Of a stretch of DNA of 64,000 nucleotides, positions 1 through 13,741 are shown one piece after another. The notes beneath the pieces were generated by a model. That model was given only the letters and a program-made list of their open reading frames with translations. It made no database searches and was not told where the DNA came from. Each line of letters starts with the position of its first letter. Position 1 is the stretch's first letter. The position numbers and the translations under genes were made by a program. The stretch is from Podarcis bocagei (lineage: Eukaryota): NCBI GenBank assembly GCA_964188305.1, contig OZ076890.1. The stretch is one strand, 5' to 3'.

Positions 1-2112
1 CAGTGAAGGGAGCCACAGATACCATCCAGAATGGCACCCCCACTCAAACACATAAAGAAATATTGTTGGCAACAAAAATAAATAAATCGTTGTATCAAAT
101 GTTAATGATCAAATATTCACAATACATCTAGAATATCCCCTACCAAAGTACTCGTCCAGAATACTGCCTATCAAACATATTTTGAGGGCAAATTGCTGAC
201 TTGTCAGTGGCCATTAATACTGAAAAGAAGCAACAAGTGACAGATTGGGGCATTCAAATGTATGCTGCATCCTTGCTTGATTAAGCAGAAGCCAATGAAA
301 TGGAACTCAAAAGTAAATCCAGCCAGACACAGACTAAAAGAATCATTATTTAATATATTACTCTTGTAAGTTAGAGTTGAGTTTCTGACGGCATTGATCC
401 CAGCAAAATTACATAAACTATAATATATTCACAAACCTGATTGAGAAACAGCAAAACACTAACAATGTAATTCTAGACCACTTATCTGAGCAGGTATATT
501 TTATAAAAATAATATGTTTGACTCCTTCACCTTTCTCTTTCTGAAATTGTGTGTGTGTGCGCGCGCAGTAAATGATAGAAGTTGTAGTCAAATATTTAAT
601 AATGGTAATTAAAAATGAAAATGACATACCCTCCCACATTTTGAGAGAAAAATTCAGGGCAACCCCCTACCACCCCTCATATCTGTCACTGACCCCTTCC
701 TCGCCCGCCCCCTTCTTCCCTCCCCTCTCTTACCTTTGTTTTCTTCGGCCTCCTGCTCACGAGACGTTGCATCGCCAGGCGATGTGAGGCTGAGCGGCCC
801 CAGGAAGGCTGTGCAGGCAGGCGGCCAGAGAAAACACAGGACCTAGAGCCCCAGGAAGGCTGCGTCAGACCTGGGGGTCACCAGAAACAACACGAGGCCT
901 AGAGTGGTCCCTGGCGGGTTGCCCCAGTCTGCCCTGCATCACTCACTCCGCCGGCTGCCGGCTGTGTCACAAACAAATGGTACAAAAATAAAAACCTGGA
1001 CATTTGGTAAACTTTTTTAAAAAATCTGCCCGGATGGTGATTTTACCTCTGAAAAAAGAGGACATGTCTGGGAAAACCATCTCCAGTGTTAGAGATGGAA
1101 GAGCAGCAAGCTAGAGAGGGCAGACCTTGTGACACAGCTTTCTAGCCACTTTATGCCCCTCAGAATTTGCTGCCTGAGGCAGCTACCTTACTCTGCCTCA
1201 TGGAAGGGCCGGCCCTGCGTGTAGGGAAAGCTCCTTGAATAAATGATGGGATCCCTTTAAGCCTCGCTTACAGGTTAAGCATATACTTACCTCTACCACC
1301 TAAAGTTGCTTAATTCTGTCAGTCCATGCCATTGAGTGAATTTTCATGCCGCTGTTCTCTGATGAGTACTAGCCATGATTCTTAGAATAATCTTACACAT
1401 TTCCTCTTTTCCATTTGTGCTCAGAGAGCACTGCAGGAAAAAATAAGGTGCAGAAGGCAGTTTGCATCAAGATTCTCATGAAGGTTATAAACACAGTTAT
1501 TCCTCATGTTATCTTGCCTTCCTCTTTTTAATGATTAAAAAAAGAAAAGGGGGGGGAGAAATGATGGAGTGTGGTTAGTTCTTTTATGAGTTCAGAAGCA
1601 TGATGGGGATGATAAAGGATTTTAGTGCTCATCAATTAAGGTGGTAAAAGCTGAAGACTTTTAATTAAGACAAAACACTTTAAGTACCTTAACAGCTAGC
1701 AATGAACTGTCATCCTTAATAAGAACAGAGTCTCATACTTTCTAATGCAAATGAGACTCAGACATGTAGAATCTGGTGCCTCACCAACAACCTTCCAAAT
1801 GACTTTGACGTGGACCTGATGGACTTCTCTAACAACCCAAATAAAATTTCTCCTGCACGCTGTAGAGGCATAAATCCAGTGCGTGTTGACCATGAAGCTC
1901 TAATACAATAGATGGCACAATGCCGTAGCATTACATCAGTTTTATCACAGCTGCAGCGGCCCTCATTTAACAGTGCTCTGAGAATTCAAAACTCCATTGC
2001 CAAATACGCCTGTGCTCTTCCGCAGTGACCCTTTCCAACAAGGCAGTGTACTTTAAACACTTTCAAAGCAAGCTCAGAATGACCGCTCCCCACTTAAAAC
2101 GGGGAGCACCCT

Positions 2113-2933
2113 TTGCGTGGACGCGCGCAGCCCTAGATCTGGAGCGGCCCCATCAGCATAGGCTTGGCTTTGCCTTCCCTCAGGTGGGATACCTGGAGGT
2201 CTCCGCCTACCTCAGTCAGTTGTCCAATCCCACCTGGGGGAAGCGTTGCCAAGGAGACCAGGCCAGGTAGGGGGAGGGATTACCTGCCCACACAATCTTA
2301 CCTGGGAATCCTCACTTGGCTCCAGAGCTTCTCCCACCCTACCCACCCTCAGTTAATGTCTTCCTTTGCAGGTTAACTTTTCTTCATAGGTTTTGCAGGT
2401 TAACTTTTCTTCACAGGTATGCAGGTGCTGCTACGTTAAGGTCGCTGTTAAAGGGCTGGAAAGGAATTTCCCTGCATTGGCAGGTTTCGCCTTTCTCGTA
2501 GCAAAACGTCACAACTTTGGCGGTATCAGGCCTTGGGCGGAATCCTTTAGTCCATCTTCCTCTTTGCGGCGGCGATACCAGGGTTCCCCATTAAAGGGGT
2601 TTCTGAAGGGAGGCTTTGACCATACGCCGAAAGATCGTCATTGCTCTCCCCTGCGGCAGCGGCGTAACAGGGGCAGCTATCTCTGCTTGAACATACGTTC
2701 TCCAGGGCCAGCCTGTCCCCCCCCCCCACACACACTAGATAACCCTGATGCTCCCTAGGTCCCCAGCTGGGGACTGGGGAGGGAGAACGCCCAATGCCTG
2801 AGCCAAGGTCTACCCACATTTGAAATTTAATAAAGTTGTGGCCAATTTAATCCCATAGCACATTGTCTTGAGTCGTTATTCCACATGACGGGGGGGACCG
2901 CTCGGGATCTGGGGACTGCGCCTGTCCACGCAA
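2113..2933 (+). mobile_element. Inverted-repeat-bounded non-autonomous element, DIRS/Ngaro (tyrosine recombinase retrotransposon)-like
   Basis: TTGCGTGGACGCGCGCAGCCCTAGATCTGGAGCGGCCCC (2113-2151) is an imperfect inverse of 2893-2933 (…GACCGCTCGGGATCTGGGGACTGCGCCTGTCCACGCAA). No TSD seen. GC/CpG-rich interior, AATAAAGTTGTGGCC near 2829, frameshifted WRS-AY-like remnant near 2195. Confidence 0.5.
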
Positions 2934-3796
2934 GAGTAGGGCAGACGTTTACGGCTTTCCTTTCCTTTTCCTTTCTCCTCCACCCAAAGGCTTCTGTTCT
3001 ATGTTGGGAAAGGCAGATCAAATCTGGGATAAATCAGGGGACATTATCCTTCTAGGGTGGGTGATGGGGCGGGAAGGTATAGCAAGGAATGAGAGACAAG
3101 TATTTTGATTTTTTTCCCCCAAGATGTGCAACCCCACCCTGAGAAACAACTCTTATTATAATTTTCGCACACACTTTCCCTACATATATTCTCTCTGAGC
3201 AGGATCCTCCTAAAATGTCACTTGTGGCATTATTTGCTGGGAATTCTAATGGAAGTTTAAGGTGTCAAATGGCCCGGTTCAAATGTACTAAAAGCCAATC
3301 AAATGGCACTTTTTTGAAGTCGTGAAAGTGTGGGGAGGAAGAAGCATCTGGCCTGAAAAACCCACTTTAATTGGTGCCGCTTCCTAGCAATGCTTTGTTC
3401 AATTACTGTACTGTGCCACCAACCATGTTTATCTGCCATGCTAAGCTGAGCTGCCACCAGGCTGTGCTTGCACCAGTCAGAAGTTACTCCCTCTGCAAAT
3501 GACTCACATGCAGGGTTATACTGTCTTTGAACCAGATCCTCTCTGTCCTGTATTCTTAGTTGTGGTTAGTAGTGTACAAACAATGATACACTATTTATGC
3601 AAATAACTGTAATCACTCCAAAAACATCAGACAAGGAACATGCTTTAGGTTCTGCTGCCAAAACACCAGCATCTGTGCTCAGCAGCGTCCCTTTCTACAA
3701 AGTTCAACATTGAACATTGCTCACTTGAAAACTGCTCAACATTGTACTTTTCCACACAGGACAGACCTCATGTTATAAACAGGTTATCGGTATTAG

Positions 3797-3877
3797 CAGT
3801 GCTTTTTTAATTTTTAATTTTAGGGGGAAAAGGTGTTGATACTGGGCACCTTTGAGTTCCCCCAGAAAAAAGCACTG
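3797..3877. mobile_element. Tiny MITE with CAGTGCTTTTTT terminal inverted repeats
   Basis: CAGTGCTTTTTT at 3797 and AAAAAAGCACTG ending at 3877; TSD only partly conserved. Confidence 0.5.
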
Positions 3878-4997
3878 TGTGGTAGTCAATGGTTGACGCT
3901 TACAGGCAAACAGCCCAGTAGAAAAAGGTACAGAACGTCTTCCTTTCCTAAGGAAAAAGAAATCTTATTAACAGCTCACTCTTCCTGTTGACAATCCATC
4001 ACATACAAAGAGGATGTAGATGAATTAACTTTTGTCCCATTCTATCTATACATATTTAAGGGGAAACTCATTTCACAGAACAAGATCCTACAGACCATCA
4101 AGAAAGTGTAATGGAAAGAGTTTAAAGAGCCATTTTCACTATCTCACACATGAACTAAAAAACAATCAGTCACCATTTCACACCACAACAGAGCATTGAG
4201 AACCATGTCCCTACCTACCTGGATGGAAGCCAAGGAATGTGCTCTCCCGATATATTTGTCAATACACAGATATTATGAAAATAAATCAAGTTTTGAGAAC
4301 TTTCTCCTTATCAGGAAAGTCACCACATACAGGTGTCCTGGAAAACCCTATTGCCCCGGGAAATGGGGGAAATTACATAATATGAAATAATCTGTCAGAC
4401 CAGAACCAAACATTGCATACTGCTGTGGGGGGGGGGGAGGCCCATCAATGCCAGCCAAATGTATTCTGCTGGTTCTCACACCACCTGCTAAGACAAGCAT
4501 TTTTAAAAGTGTTCCTACACTGTTCAGACACCAGCTCCTGCCTTCACCTATTCCCTTCCCCACATTTCTGCCTGAAACAAGCCCATTTACCCTCCCTGCA
4601 TGACAGAGAGGGTACTGAGCCCCCCTCCCCGCTTACCGTTCTATAACTTCTAGTCATAAACTGTCTTCAGGTATTAAGTATGAATTTGTGAGTAGGCTAC
4701 ACTTGTGAGTGGGTAGCATGAGTGGGCTACCCCTGCCTCCTAGATATCAGTGCTCACATTGCATCAACAGCCAATGTGCACACATGGGGTTCTGTCTGCA
4801 GGACACAATCCTTAGTCAATCAGGAGCATAAGACCAGAGGACCTCCTTCAACTGATTCTGATCACATGTCAGTTGAAAGCATGACTGATGTGTGAGTCAC
4901 TGCCTCAGGCCTGGGGCTAGCCTGCCTGTGCACTGGAGTCCCTTCACATGTTCATATCAGGCAGCTAGAATGAGATATAGGGAACACATGCTCTGAT

Positions 4998-5455
4998 CAT
5001 GTTGGACTGGTCATGTTGTTCAGATGTCTGACTATCATCTTCCAAAGAAACTACTCTATTCTGAACTTTAAAATGGAAAGCGTAATGCTGGTGGCCAGCA
5101 TAAGAGGTTAAAATACTTTCTCAAGGCAATTTTTTTAAAAAAGGTAATATAAACACCGACAACTAGGAAGCACTGGCCTGCGAGCACTCCAATTGGAGAA
5201 CAGCCTTTACCAAAGGTGTCGTGGGCTTTGAAGACACTTGAACTCAGGATAAAAGGGAGAAACGAGCTAAGAGGAAGGTACATTTGGCAAACCCTCACCA
5301 TGATCAACTCCTGCCCAGAAAAATTGTCCCCACTGTGGAAGGACATGTGGATCCAGAATTGGCCTCCACAGTCACTTACAGGCTCACTGTTAAGATCGTG
5401 TTCATGGAAGACAATCTTACTCGACTATGAGTGATCGCCAAAGAAGAAGACGAAG
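4998..5455 (+). mobile_element. 5'-truncated RTE-clade LINE 3' end
   Basis: Decayed WTGHVV.M...PK.LLYSEL and CPHCGRTCGSRIGLHSH coding remnants; (AAG)n tail; 12-bp TSD ACATGCTCTGAT at 4986-4997 and 5456-5467. Confidence 0.8.
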
Positions 5456-6232
5456 ACATGCTCTGATGCCACTGCAATTCATTGGATATTCTACAGTTAT
5501 GGAAGACAGGAAAATACAGTGGAGTGCCTTTTGTATTATCACCTTTTGTATTATTAGATATCACATGGGGAAGGGGAGGACAGGAGAGCAAGAGAGACAG
5601 GGTTGTTGCTCTTGGCAGCCACGGATCAGTCTCATACAAAAATCTTCCATTTCTTCTTCTGTACAAAGTTTATTTGAATGAACTAAAGTGATTGATTCAG
5701 TGATTGATGACTGGTAAGCAACAGGCAGATAGAAATTATTCCAATTTTGTTACTTTTCTACATATATGGCTATTAATGTACAACTAATATTAGATCCTCA
5801 AGGAGCCAGTTTAATTTTTAAAATATGAAGTTTTTTGCACATAACAGTGTGTTTATGATGAATATTTAATCTCAAACAAACAGGAAACAGAAAGAGCGCT
5901 TCTTCAGGAAAAAAAGCAGACATACTAGCTAATTTTTTTAACGTCATGTCGTACCATTGGATATGTTTATGCCATCCATGAAAGCTGAGAACATGCTGTC
6001 TAGAAGAGGTTTTTAAACACTTAGGAAGACATGGGGCAGGGGGGAGTGCCACAAGTGAAAGTCACACAGTCCAAAAGGAAATGGAGGAAAATTATCACCT
6101 ATCAGACTACTTAAATAGGTGTTCACTAAACACAATGGTAAACTGCTGTGACGTCAAGTTATAAATAGCATATTTTGTATTTCGGTTTTGTGTGCCAGAT
6201 GTTACTCTGGTTTTGAACCACATATAGTCCTT

Positions 6233-6233
6233 A

Positions 6234-6295
<62 letters not shown>
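6233..6295. repeat. (AC)n(AG)n compound microsatellite
   Basis: Direct reading. Confidence 0.95.
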
Positions 6296-6300
<5 letters not shown>

Positions 6301-6600
6301 GTTTTCTCTATAAATAATACAAAAATAGGCTGAAATATTACAAATACAAAAGTGAACTATCTACCCTAAAGCTTGGGGTAGATACATTGGACTAGCCAAG
6401 GCCCACATCCTGATTCCATACCAGTCCCCATTCCAGGTTCCAAAAATATAGAATTTTCCCCAGTATCTGTAATGCTGCACAACTTGTGACACACCAAACA
6501 TGTTTGGATGATATCTTGATTCTTCTTGCATGTGATGGGGAAGCAACAGCATGGTTTTCTCCCTAGTCCACTTGACCCTATTTCTGAAGCCACTGAACAT

Positions 6601-6728
6601 CCGCACATGGGTGTACAATTTGAATAGGGTGCACACATCTGCTGTACATGTGAATCACACAGTTGGTGCCTGGGCACACTGGAATTTACACATGTGCACC
6701 CTTGTTCAATTGCTATACCCATGTGTGG
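6601..6728. repeat. Degenerate palindromic (MITE-like) element
   Basis: CCGCACATGGGTGTACAATTTGAATAGGGTGCACA is an imperfect inverse of TGTGCACCCTTGTTCAATTGCTATACCCATGTGTGG. Confidence 0.5.
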
Positions 6729-7627
6729 TTGCTCAGTAGGACAACTACAGCCACTGGGTTAGGCATGCCACAGCACAACATCTGAGCTGAGACCTTGTCC
6801 GTTTCATGAAGCTGCTTGCTTCTCCTTAATTTTGCTCCCTTTCACCTGAAGCGAACATTAAAACCACCGTGCTTCTGACACTGCCACCACCATCAAGACA
6901 TCAATCTCCTCTTATTCCTTCCCAGAGGCAAGATTCTAAAACGATATCACACACACACACACACCCTTCAAACAAATGTCTTTTCCAAACACAGCATACA
7001 GCTGCAATGACTTAATGGTTTTGCTGATCTGGGCCTTTTCTACTGAAAGCCTTTGTTAGTGACTTTATGGGAAGTTGAGATCAGCGCTTCTATGCAGGTC
7101 TAGGGGTGGGTGAGACTCTTCATAAAGACATATCATTCTCTGTATTTCAAACTGCACATACCATTGCTCATGCAACCAAAACAGCACTATTCACTCACAT
7201 AAGAGAGGTAGCAGCAGGCTTGGGAAAACTCCAAGATTTGCAGAAGTACACACACAAACACATTTTTAGGAAAGAAGTCTCTAAAAGCAGCAGAAGAAAA
7301 GCAACCACAAACAGCTCAGTGAGGACTGAGTATGCTCTGTAGCTGTGGAATGCTGACTGGCGGCTGCAGAAGCAGAAAATGGCTGGGAAGAGAAATGAAA
7401 TGGGAGTTGCTGGAATGGAATTCCCAACAGGCAGCACTTTATACTGCAACACTTGTGTTGCAAGTCCCTCTTGTTTGCTAATATACAGTAAGCCTGGAAC
7501 TTAGGTGCATTTAACCTGTGTGCATTCAGCTTCACACACATAGCAAAAACATTTAAAAGGGGGCAAAGCTCTGCGAAAAATGACTTCGGCAGTTCCACTC
7601 GCCATTGAACACAATGTGTTTTGACTG

Positions 7628-7853
7628 CAGTGGTACCTCAGGTTAAATACTTAATTCATTCCAGAGGTTCATTCTTAACCTGAAACTGTTCTTAACCTGA
7701 AGCACCACTTTAGCTAATGGGGCCTCCTGCTGCCGCCGTGCCGCCAGAGCACGATTTCTGTTCTCATCCTGAAGCAAAGTTCTTAACCCAAGGTACTATT
7801 TCTGGATTAGTGGAGTCTGTAACCTGAAGAGTATGTAACCCGAGGTACCACTG
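7628..7853 (+). mobile_element. Tc1/mariner (Tigger/pogo-like) MITE, copy 1
   Basis: TIRs CAGTGGTACCTC…GAGGTACCACTG; TA on the right, TG on the left; highly similar to three other copies in the window. Confidence 0.85.
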
Positions 7854-8607
7854 TATACACAATTTTGGCTTTAGCTGCAAACCCAGGAATGTAACCCCGA
7901 CATAAGTTGCAGGCTTACAAGTAAATGTATTTAAAAGGCATTTCCCCCAACATCTTCCAAAAAAGCAGAATAAAAATAATACGGGGATGAGGTACCAGAA
8001 CATAGGGACAGTGGAGCATATGAGCTACTAAAACAGAGACATTTGCTACATGCAATATATTTGTTTTTCCCCAGACAGTTACAGGCCAATTAGAGAAATT
8101 TCTTGTCTCCTTTGAATTTTTACAGCTGAAGTGCTTTCGTACCTCTGCAAGATAACAAGCCCCTGCTGCGGATCCAACATCAACGAAAGGCAATCAAAGG
8201 TGTTTGTGTCCATCCTAGCTCAGTACAAAGAATCCTTGTGGCATCAGAAAGCAATGGTTTGTTATTCAATATTTCTTTTCCACAGTGAATGGGCCTGAAA
8301 AGGCCCGTTCTTCTCGTAATTTTGTAATCTAAGAGGACCTTCCTAATACAAGCTCCATTCTACCTTAGCTCTGGGCCCTCAGGCAAGCAAGCTGATAGTG
8401 AAAGTGTTCCCTCCTTCAGAAGTCATGCTTTGCAATCTTACCTCCCACTGAGACTCTGAAACGATATACAGTATGTGACAAGTGTGACCTTGTCAGACCT
8501 CATCAAGTTTGGGAAGTAAAGATTACTGTTCTCAAATGAGTCCAGTCACACTTTTGGATTCTTTGCTTCTGAAACATGGCATTCCTCACTGAGGCTGCAA
8601 TCCTATA

Positions 8608-8849
8608 CAGTGGTACCTCGGGTTTAGAACTTAATTCGTTCCGGAGGTCCGTTCTTAACCTGAAACTGTTCTTAACCTGAAGCACCACTTTAGCTAATGG
8701 GGCCTCCTGCTGCCACCGCGTTGCCAGAGCATGATTTCTGTTGTCATCCTGAAGCAAAGTTCTTAACCCGAGGTACTATTTCTGGGTTAGCGGAGTCTGT
8801 AACCTGAAGCATCTGTAACCTGAAGAGTATGTAACCTGAGGTACCACTG
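8608..8849 (+). mobile_element. Tc1/mariner MITE, copy 2 (nested in a short GGCTGCAATCCT-family repeat)
   Basis: Same TIRs, TA TSD on both sides. The flanks join to GGCTGCAATCCTATA…AGTCCTACCTAATTCAATGGGGCTTACTTCC. Confidence 0.85.
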
Positions 8850-10927
8850 TACAAACCTCATTAGGAGGAAGTCCTACCTAATTCAATGGGGCTTACTTCC
8901 CTCACAGCTGGTGAGGGAAAGGTTATACCCCACTGTGGAGTCAACCCCACACAGTTCCTTTTGAGTAAGAAAAAAACCACATATATAGCTACAGGCAATG
9001 TATTAAATGTGATGTTTAGTTTGACCCTTAGCTGATGTTGGCACAGGACCAAAACCAGCACTATGAGACCCACAACCCCCTGAAAATAATCCACAGTTGC
9101 TTCATGGTTTGAAGCTGGGGAGCTTAGCCTACCAAGCAACCACAGACTGTTTTGGCCAAGGTTTCTCACAGAAGACAACGGGGCTATGCAGCATCATCCC
9201 ATTGGCCTGAAACCTACCAGTTGGCCAGATGAAGAATAAATATCAGGAAACAGCTGGCCTTATAGCCTTGCCTGGTCAAGATAGCAGAACCTTTGCCTGC
9301 TGCACACATGTATTTTAAGCACCTTGAACACTCTTAAGCAGCATACAAATGCCTGGAATTATATCCAGTTGTTCGAGCGCTTTGTTCGGGGGGGGGGATG
9401 ACTAGCAATTTAAGGCTTGTTTGGCAGAGTCTATTATGCTTCTCAGGCAGTTACTGTACTGAAAGACACCCCAAGAACTGATAAAAACAAACTGCCCATG
9501 ACTGACATGGTGTCAAATAGGAGCTGCAGGAAGAGAGTTTCTGCAGGCTGGTAGACTGCCAGGAAAATATTTGAGCAACCCCCTCATGTGAAATGATCAA
9601 GTCGGTTGTTGACTGGGTTGTCAGGGTGTGGGGTAGGGGTTTCAGAGATAGCTTTATGCCTTGGTGCTTGTCTGTATAGCCACACACAAACTGGGAGATT
9701 AACAAAATAAATAAATAAATAAATAAATAGCAGCAGTGAATAAATATTAAAAGCAGGTTCTTATTATGACTCTCTGCAGCAAGAACAAACATATTTAATT
9801 AACTTTAATGGTAATCAGCTCTAAAGAAAATGTAAGGAACAGCCTAGCAGTGAAATCTTCCACCTGCACAGGAAGCCAGCCTGGCTCGCCCCTGATGGGA
9901 AACAGCTCTCTGCCAAGCAGGGAACTAATGAATTAGTGTCTTCCGGAGCTCCATGTCTGATCTGATTCTCTTTAAGTTTATAAAATTAGCAATCTACTGC
10001 TCACAGAAAAACTGCCAAGATCCAAAGTCAGCCTGTGCCACACAGTCAGCAAAAACAGCTCATTGCTAGAATTCAGATTTGCTTCTGTCAAGAAAACAAA
10101 GCAATTGGCTGTGTGTCTCTTTCACTACCATACATCTGCAATATTTCTGATTTAATTTTACAGTGGAAATGTGATATCACTCAAAAAAGGGGGTCCTCTG
10201 TGTTCAGTTAAAAGGGTGGTTTTTTAAATCTCTGATTAAATCAAGGTTCCTTCAATATGAAAAGACCTGAGCATCTTGCAGAAAAAATATCACCAGCTTC
10301 AAAATGATTGATGGTCCCTGCTGGATGGAGAGACGAGGATGCAATGAACAAGCAGGCACTTTGCAGGTAGTTTTAACCCATGAAAGAAAAGGAAGGGAGG
10401 GGAGTCTTCCTTTAAAAATACATGCATTTATCTTCTATAAAAGCATTCGCCTTTTTGTTTGTTCCAAGGGCACCAAGTGAAATTATACTGAAACTAATCA
10501 AGACTGCAAAGTGATAGTTAAGAATAGCTTTTATTAACACTGTTACACTTCCACAGGAAAGTGAGAAAAGGAAGAATGGCAGAGTGCCCATTCCACAACA
10601 AATATCAAATGAATATGAAGAGGCGCATCAGAATTAGGTGAGACAATTGTCTTTTGCTGAGCAACTGTTGCAGTAGATTAGTACAAGCATGGGCAATCAG
10701 TTCAGGATCTGCGAAGTCACTTTCTTTCCTCAAAGTTTAGGGATACATACACACACACACACACACATACATACACATACATACATACACACACACAGTA
10801 TATATATTGCATATAGCCTAAGGCGCATATAGCCACACATGGTTAAAGGTTCCTCCGCTCTACAGCGCATATATATGTGCTGTAGATAGGAGGAAACTCT
10901 AACTATGTGTGGCTATATGTGCCTTAA

Positions 10928-11282
10928 GGGACGCGGGTGGAGCTGTGGGTTAAACCACAGAGCCTAGGACTTGCCGATCAGAAGGTCGGCGGTTCGCATC
11001 CCCGCGACGGGGTGAGCTCCCGTTGCTCGGTCCCTGCTCCTGCCAACCTAGCAGTTCGAAAGCACGTCAAAGTGCAAGTAGATAAATAGGTACCGCTCCG
11101 GCGGGAAGGTAAACGGCGTTTTCATGCGCTGCTCTGGTTGGCCAGAAGCGGCTTAGTCATGCTGGCCACATGACCCGGAAGCTGTACGCCTGCTCCCTCA
11201 GCCAATAAAGCGAGATGAGCGTTGCAAACCCAGAGTCGGTCATGACTGGACCTAAATGGTCAGGGGTCCCTTTACCTTTACT
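10928..11282 (+). mobile_element. Full-length Sauria SINE
   Basis: tRNA-like head GGGACGCGGGTGG…GGTTCG; central CCTGCCAACCTAGCAGTTCGAAAGCA…GTAGATAAATAGGTACC; ACCTTT tail; TSD approx. TATATG(T/C)GCCTTA. Confidence 0.9.
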
Positions 11283-12588
11283 TATATGCGCCTTAGGCCA
11301 TATATGCAATATGGTTTACAAAATCCTGATGAATAAACAATAAAATCAATGCATCTAATGTCAGCAAACAAAATCCAACCCCAGTAAATAGACGAAAAAA
11401 ACACAATCAACAAGCAAAAACAGGAGCAGGCAGAAAATTAAACTCAAGGCAGAGTTCAAAACATGCGCCATTTTGTCCCAAAACTTATAGGAAGATACAC
11501 CAACTATTTCAGACAGCAGCACCTGCCCAGGCTTTGCTCCTACCAGTCATTGATCTCATCCCCTAATAGAAGGATTTGCAGCAAGACTTTCCCAGCTGAT
11601 TTTAACAGTTGTAAGGGGAGGGTAGCCAATGTGCCACTATCCACAAAACGGCTAGTTAAGATTTAAAATCCCATTGGCATTAAGGTAGACATCCCGTTAA
11701 TTAGAATCAATCTCAATTAGAGATAATGAGAACGATAGTTCTGCAATGATAGGTTAGGTGGATTTCCTAATAATTGCTATATGTCTAAAAATCCAATTAA
11801 CATCTATGGAACCAGTTTTTGACAACTTAAAATACATTCTTCCAACATCCTCTCTCTCTTTGTGCCCCCCAATGCATAGCTGTATAAAAGAACTGTGCTT
11901 GCATGTGACAAATTGCCAAGCCACATGAAAAATTAATTTCTCATGGATCTTTGGCTGCATCTGTTGACCTTTGGTGACTAATGTACCACTTTGGGATTTA
12001 GTGCAACATTCCAAGTCCCTGTACAGTTTTAAAGCTCCAGTTCATATAAAGACAAAAGGTTTGAAGACTGCCTCCTCTTTCTTTTCTGGAAGTAAATATT
12101 CGACTCACATAATAAATATTTGTAGTAGATAAATCATCTGCCTTTTTAATCAATAAATTGATTTGCAGATCACTAAACCCTCAATATTTGCACCTCTGAG
12201 GAAATAGTAATGGAAGCAAGGGATAATTTATAATATTAAAAACAAAAGCCTCAAATTTTCTAAAACAAAAATAACATATAGAATAATACAGCTGTATTCA
12301 ATATAGTGATTAAACAGATTGTGCTATGCAAACCTAGGTGGAAAGAAAGTGCATCCTAACATATCCAAATTATTGGATCCTCCCTCAGTTATAGAACATA
12401 TATTCTCTGTTGTCTGAGAATGAATAATATTAGAACTAACAAAAGCAAATTATATGTTTCAGCATTCATAGTTGCTTTTATCACCAGGTGGTGATCTCAA
12501 ACACTTCATTTTGCAAATGAGGTCTATTGAAATCAAATTTCTGTTTTCTTCAACTATGCCTGTTGCAGGCTATGGCAGTATTTATATA

Positions 12589-12830
12589 CAGTGGTACCTT
12601 GGGTTACATACGCTTCAGGTTACAGATGCTTCAGGTTACAGACTCCGCTAACCCAGAAATATTACCTCGGGTTAAGAACTTTGCTTCAGGATGAGAACAG
12701 AAATCACGCAGCAGCAGCGCGGCGGCAGCAGGAGGCCCCATTAGCTAAAGTGGTGCTTCAGGTTAAGAGCAGTCTCAGGTTAAGAACAGACCTCTGGAAC
12801 GAATTAAGTTCCTAACCCGAGGTGCCACTG
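12589..12830 (-). mobile_element. Tc1/mariner MITE, copy 3 (opposite orientation)
   Basis: Reverse complement of copies 1, 2 and 4; TA TSD. Confidence 0.85.
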
Positions 12831-13741
12831 TACTAGTTTTAGACAGCCAGCATGATGCAGTGACTCTAGAGGTGGCTATAGACTGCAACTGACCAGACTC
12901 AGGTTCAAATCTCACTTGGTGACCTTGAGCAATCCATTCTCTCTTAGGCAGAAATCCTATGCAGAAGAACCCAGCATAAGTTAAGCCTGTGTTAAATAAA
13001 CTGGCTCCAAATTCCGTTCAGCAGTGGGGCTACCACGGGCTGAGCTGTTCTAAGCCAGGCAGAGGAAAAAAGAATATCTAAAATAGAGTTAGAATTACGT
13101 CATCCAGTTTGAGTTACACCACCTGTATTTCTGCCACCTTCATTTATGTCGAGTTTTGAGGTCATGTGACTGAGCTGATCAGGCTCAGGATCCAGCCTTA
13201 GTCTCCCCTCTCTGGTTCTGCCCCTATGATGGCATTTTTACAGGGCTTAAACACTGGCTTAAAATCACCAGGCTTAGGTCAGCAGGTTGGGTTGAGCTGG
13301 CTGAGCTGGAATGGGGGAGATATGCTAGCATATCTCCAACTGAGCCAAGGATGAGCATTTCACTGCTATAGCTCAGCTGCGCTACGAACCTTCCAGCTCA
13401 GCCAGAGATGCATGGCATCCTAACCCTGCTCTTCCTGGTGGATCTTGTTACAGGATTGTTGAGGGAGTATAACCTTCCTCGTGCAGGTGGTTGAGAGGTT
13501 AAAATGGATGAAACCATGTCTGCTGCCCTATTATGAAAGAATATGGTTTGCATTAACCATAGTTAATATCAGTGCACACATAAACCACAACTGAAACTAT
13601 CAAGGAAAAAAGGGGTGGAAATTTGCCCCAGAGCTGGGAGGAAGATGTGTGTGCATGCATTCCTCAGGCTGTATCACAATTTACAAACCATGATTTTCAG
13701 GGAATTGGTGTTGAGCCTTTGCCTTTCATATCAATAGACCT

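Noticed and set aside
622-1217. GC-rich segment resembling decayed DNA-transposon fragments
   Set aside because: Termini and TSD could not be defined.
10928-11005. tRNA gene
   Set aside because: It is the tRNA-derived head of a SINE, not a complete cloverleaf; the same applies to the other SINE heads.
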